A stretch of DNA of 64,000 nt from positions 36,458,001 through 36,522,000 of the forward strand of contig NC_087447.1 in NCBI RefSeq assembly GCF_036321535.1. The letters run 5' to 3'. Position 1 is the stretch's first letter, and each line of letters starts with the position of its first letter. Positions 61,876 through 64,000 of the stretch are shown here, piece by piece. A model generated the notes under the pieces. The model saw only the letters and a program-made list of their open reading frames with translations. It was not told where the DNA came from and did no database searches. This DNA is from Camelus dromedarius (taxonomy: Eukaryota). Made by a program: the position numbers and the translations under genes.

Positions 61876-64000
61876 TATGGGTGGGCTGGCTTAGAAGTCT
61901 AACCACTATTAATATCATTGTTTCTATGAGAAAGTACATTCCAAAATCTAAGAAAAATTTTTTGAACTAAATCCATTTGTATGTTTAAATGTTTCTTGTA
62001 GGAAATATAGGACGTTCTACATTATTTTAGAATTGGGGAGATCCTGGAAGTCATCTATTTTAAATTCATTTTATAGATAAGAAGACAAAATTCTAGAAGA
62101 AACTTGAGTCTAGTTTGGCTGGAAAAATATCATCCCATGGGATATGGTCTTTAAGACATTAAAAAATGCTTTTAACTACAAGCTTATTTCTTTTAAGTTC
62201 CAGGACTGTTGGTTTACAAAATTTTCATAGTGTTGTGATGTACAGGTCAAAGAATTTTCCAGGTTTATGTTTGAGGACTTCTGTATCACTAACCAATATT
62301 ATATGATCTTTAGATTAAAAGGTAATAAGCCTTTGTCTATTTTGTTGGACTTATCTCTTCTGCTGTGTTGTTTTACTAATTGTTCCTGACACAGTGTTGA
62401 AAATGTTTTGATGGACGAGTCATTGCTTTAAATGGCAGTTATTGATCTTGAACTTATTTATTTAAAAATTCCTTATTATGTGTTGACCTGAACATTTATG
62501 TGCTTTTGCTCTGTAGACTGGTATGTTATGTTAAAAGTGGGCAAGAGAAGAACACATACTCAATAAATGTAGTGTTACTGGTTTTCAAAAACTGACCATA
62601 ATTCAAAACTATCTTTGCTTGGAACTGTACATTTTAATTTTTGTGTTATTTTTTCTTGGTATCTTAAAGTGTGTCAGTAAAGCTATTTGTTAAAAGAATA
62701 TGTTTATTTTAAAAAATGACATTTTAAACAAATTTGTTGTCACCAAATGACATATTATTATTATGATATATGGTAACTTCCCTTTTACATCTCTCTCCTG
62801 CTCTAACATGCTCCCTAATAAGTCAAAATAAAAAGCTAGAGATATTAATATTATACTGAAGACAAAATCTCATACTTTTGTTAAGGGTATACTATCTTTA
62901 AAAGCTTTTTCACTTTAAATATCTTAATTTTAGACTGCAAATATAGCAACCATTTTCTGCTGCTGGAAAGGAGTTAATAGGTGACTTTCAAGCATGTTTT
63001 TCACATTTGACTTCTTCAGAATTCAAATCTCAGACTATGACATTTCATATCTTAAGATACAAGAGTTTTTGGTCTTGATCCTCTTCATTGAGCTTTCTAT
63101 TAGTCCTCCATCTTACCTAACTTTTCGGAATATACAATTTTCCATCACCATAGTCACATTGCATTTGACCCAGTCTCACAGACTAAATTATGCCCAAAAT
63201 ACTAAAGATATATTCATTTAGTTTTAAATATTATGTTTCTATTGCAAGGTACTGATACTATATACTTTTAATTTATGTTGAGCTTTTCAATGATTTTTTT
63301 GCTGAATAAATATAATCACTGTGCTAAGTATTACTTTTTAAACAGATGCCAATATGTAATTTTGTGTCTAAGTATTTTTTTGATAATATAGGGCATCAGT
63401 ATTAAATGAAATTTTAATCCAGTGATTACATTTCTTTGAAAACACTTCTCTCAGAAATTCATATTTTACTTGTATTATGTTGAGCATGATGAAATGTTTT
63501 CCACTTTCCCTTATCATGTCCTTATTTCGACAGTCGCCAAAACATTCAAAAGTTTAATTTAAACTGAAATATTTCTCCATAGAATAAACAGAAAATCTCA
63601 CCTGCAAAGGGTGATTACACTTTGTAAATTTTGTTCTAAGACCTTTGTAACTCACAACTCATAGCTTTATGTACCTGATGCTTAAAAACATTGACATATT
63701 ATGTTCAAAAGATATTTAGGATATTTTAAACTCTACAATTGTCTCATTGAGACTGGGAGTTGATGATAGTGAGAATGCATTTTATTTAGACTTATATAAT
63801 AAGGTATAGGTTTGTGTTTACAAAGTAACTTCATTAAATTACTCTGGAATATATGATGTTATTTAAAAATTTTTTGAATCATGATATAGTGGACATGTTC
63901 TAGGTAAGATTCAGTAACTGAGATTTGCTAAGGAGACTATAGGAACTCCAAATTTCCTTTTATTATTAAGTGAACTAGATTACTACTAGATATAATTGTA

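Noticed and set aside
1..64000. Assigning a host gene symbol
   Set aside because: No coding exon is visible, and I do not recognise the non-coding sequence with enough certainty.

Overview
Mammalian genomic DNA, very probably camelid, judged from two Vic-1-type tRNA-derived SINEs. The window opens with a CTCF motif, a GA-rich tract, strong splice donors and a ~2 kb CpG island (~820-2860). This looks like the promoter or non-coding 5' exon region of a large gene, probably transcribed on the + strand. The remaining ~61 kb is AT-rich, intron-like sequence with no recognisable host protein-coding exon. It is dominated by transposable elements: MIR, L2 and old L1 fragments, a ~2.35 kb hAT-Charlie fossil with TIRs and transposase motifs, several MITEs, a full-length decayed L1 (~41476-51637) carrying a rearranged second L1 inside its ORF1, and a young 5'-truncated L1 (58677-61454) with a perfect 18-bp TSD and a 706-aa open ORF2 segment. 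Several repeat-free blocks dense in TCF, SOX and MEIS motifs are candidate enhancers. I found no evidence for a novel biological system; the most interesting observations concern L1 architecture and candidate regulatory elements. Repeat family names and most repeat boundaries come from pattern recognition and are approximate.
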